DNA of 35,311 nt, from contig NC_068990.1 in the NCBI RefSeq assembly GCF_001194135.2, positions 9,364,577-9,399,887 on the forward strand, written 5' to 3'. Below, piece by piece: positions 33,119-35,311 of this stretch; positions within the stretch are counted from its first letter, which is position 1; every line of letters starts with the position of its first letter. The notes under the pieces were generated by a model. The model searched no databases, had not been told where the DNA came from, and was given only the letters and a program-made list of their open reading frames with translations. The DNA is from Octopus bimaculoides. Its lineage: Eukaryota. Position numbers and translations under genes: made by a program.

Positions 33119-33600
33119 TTATATGAAAATACATATATATATATATATATGTATATATATTTACATATGTTATATTTATTTACATATTTACATATATNNN
33201 NNNNNNNNNNNNNNNNNNNNNNNNNNNNNNNNNNNNNNNNNNNNNNNNNNNNNNNNNNNNNNNNNNNNNNNNNNNNNNNNNNNNNNNNNNNNNNNNNNNN
33301 NNNNNNNNNNNNNNNNNNNNNNNNNNNNNNNNNTATATATATATATGCACACACTCATACATACATACATACCTACATGAAAAATCATACATACACACAG
33401 ATATATTTGTATTTGTGTACGTGCGCGTGTTTGTCTCGGGGGATGCGTATGTATGTGCGTGCGTGTGTGCATACGTATGTTTGTCTTGGAGTGTCTATGT
33501 GTATGTGTGTGTCTGTGTGTATGAGTATGTGTGTGTATTTCTGTGTGTGCGCGTACGTGTTCATGTGTGTATGTGTGTATGTGTGTATGTGTATGTACGC
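33035..33600. repeat. (TG)/(TA)/(CA) microsatellite complex around a gap
   Basis: Directly visible; gap at 33198-33333. Confidence 0.9.
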
Positions 33601-33896
33601 CTACTCTTCACAGAAATACCATTTCCAAAGATATAACAATACCAACAAAAAACAACAACACGAAAATCAAATTCAATAATAAAACAATAAATACACGATG
33701 ACGAAACCCGAAAATTATACACAGCAAGTAAATAAACTTAGAATGTAAAATAACAATAATGCACAACAATTAATTGAAATGTTAAGTTGCTGTGAGTTAT
33801 TCGAAGAAAACCTGATTAGACATTACACTCAGATATTTAAAAAAGTTTCAGTATTAATGATATTAGGTGAAATAGCAGCAGAGCTGAACTCGTACC

Positions 33897-33959
<63 letters not shown>

Positions 33960-33975
33960 GTTGTTGTTGTTGTTG
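33897..33975. repeat. (TAT)n then (TGT)n repeat
   Basis: Directly visible. Confidence 0.97.
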
Positions 33976-34151
33976 GGGGTTTATATTTTAAAGTTTTGTA
34001 ATATGTGCTACAGTACCTTTTAATCAAATAAGGCACGTAGAATCGGAAGTTGTTCTTCGCGCCTGTTTTCGGTTGTTTAAATATTTATTTTATTTTATTC
34101 TATTTTTATTTTATTTTGAAATCTCTCTTCTATCTTTCGTCGGCGAAAAAG

Positions 34152-34166
34152 GATGATGATGATGAC

Positions 34167-34200
<34 letters not shown>

Positions 34201-34663
34201 GTGAAGATGAAGATGATTGTGAAGCTGATAGTGATGAGTATGATGATGGTGATGGTGGTGGTCGTCGTCGTCGTGTTGATGGTAATAATGATGTTGACAA
34301 CGAAGATGACGAAGACTGCAACGCCGACAACGATGGTGATGGTGATGATGATGATGGCGATGAAGATGGTATCGACGCTGAGGATGATAATGTTGACGAT
34401 GATGATACTGACGGTGGTATGTTGACGATGATTGTGATGATGACGACGGAAACGACAACGACGATGACAACGACGACAATGATGGTGACAATGATGGTGA
34501 TGACGATCACAATGACAATGACAAGGACAAACATGATGATGATGATGACGCCTACAACGACAGTCATTATGATAATGATGGCGATAGGCAGAAAGATTCC
34601 GATGGTGGGGATGCTATTGAAGATAGTAGTGGTGGCAGTGGTGGCGGTTGTTGACCCTAAAAT

Positions 34664-34715
<52 letters not shown>

Positions 34716-34870
34716 GTTGATCAGAATGCTAATTAAAATAATGCTATTGTTGATGACGATGGAGATGACTCCGATATTAGCGATAGGGATGTTGTAATAA
34801 CGAAAATGGAGATAGTAATGGTAGGGGTGGCGGCGGCGGTGGTGACGATGATGGTGTCGATGAAGATTTC
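34152..34870. repeat. Degenerate (GAT/GAC/GGT)n trinucleotide low-complexity region with a (TAC)n block
   Basis: Produces simultaneous D-rich, M/T-rich and S/H-rich ORFs on both strands, which is typical of simple repeats. Confidence 0.9.
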
Positions 34871-35311
34871 GGTGTTGCTATATGATAATAATGAATAGAA
34901 AAATGCCGAATAATAGAAACTGTAACATTATGCAATGCGAAATATGGCTGCCAAACAACAACTTTGCAGAAATGAGAAGCGAACGAAACAATTAACTGAA
35001 CTTTTGTGTCACCAACTCCTCAGGCACATCAGTCTTCGCCACTTATTTGGTATCCTCCACCACTCACCAACATCATCATCCATCCCATCATCGTCATCAT
35101 CGTCATCGTCGTCGTCGTCTTCCCCTTCCTCCTCCTCCTCATGATCATCACCATTATCGTGATAAAGGGCTACAATAAACAGATTCTAGATGAAATGCAA
35201 TGTCAAAATAATAGAAAATTGACAATCACACGCATACACGTACACATACACACACATACACATACATACATACCTACATACATTCATGCATTTATATATA
35301 TATATATATAT

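Noticed and set aside
34050-34736. 228-aa acidic D-rich ORF
   Set aside because: A degenerate (GAT)n region open on both strands in several frames, with no flanking exon evidence.

Overview
This is AT-rich, repeat-dense metazoan genomic DNA with nine N-gaps, most of them flanked by (TA)n, (CA)n or (CT)n microsatellites, as expected of a short-read assembly. The tRNA-derived SINE families look like those I recall from octopus, so a cephalopod (probably Octopus) origin is inferred, not proven. I recognise no protein-coding gene with confidence. Nearly all ORFs in the supplied track are microsatellite or N-gap artefacts. What the sequence supports: (1) at least four tRNA-headed SINE families in about 15 copies or fragments; (2) decayed non-LTR retrotransposon fragments missed by the ORF track (CR1-like RT, two RTE-like 3' ends, an R4/Dong-like REL C-terminus); (3) several MITE-like elements, including a 149-bp element with an exact 8-bp TSD nested in an older hAT-like MITE; (4) a tRNA-Asp pseudogene whose anticodon reads GTT; (5) two copies of a repeat with a hammerhead-ribozyme-like core, suggestive of Penelope-like elements; (6) a poly(A)-tailed segment flanked by a 12-bp direct repeat; (7) low-confidence candidate exons. 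I found no convincing new biological system. The best leads are the hammerhead-like repeat, the nested MITEs and the tRNA-Asp/SINE juxtaposition.
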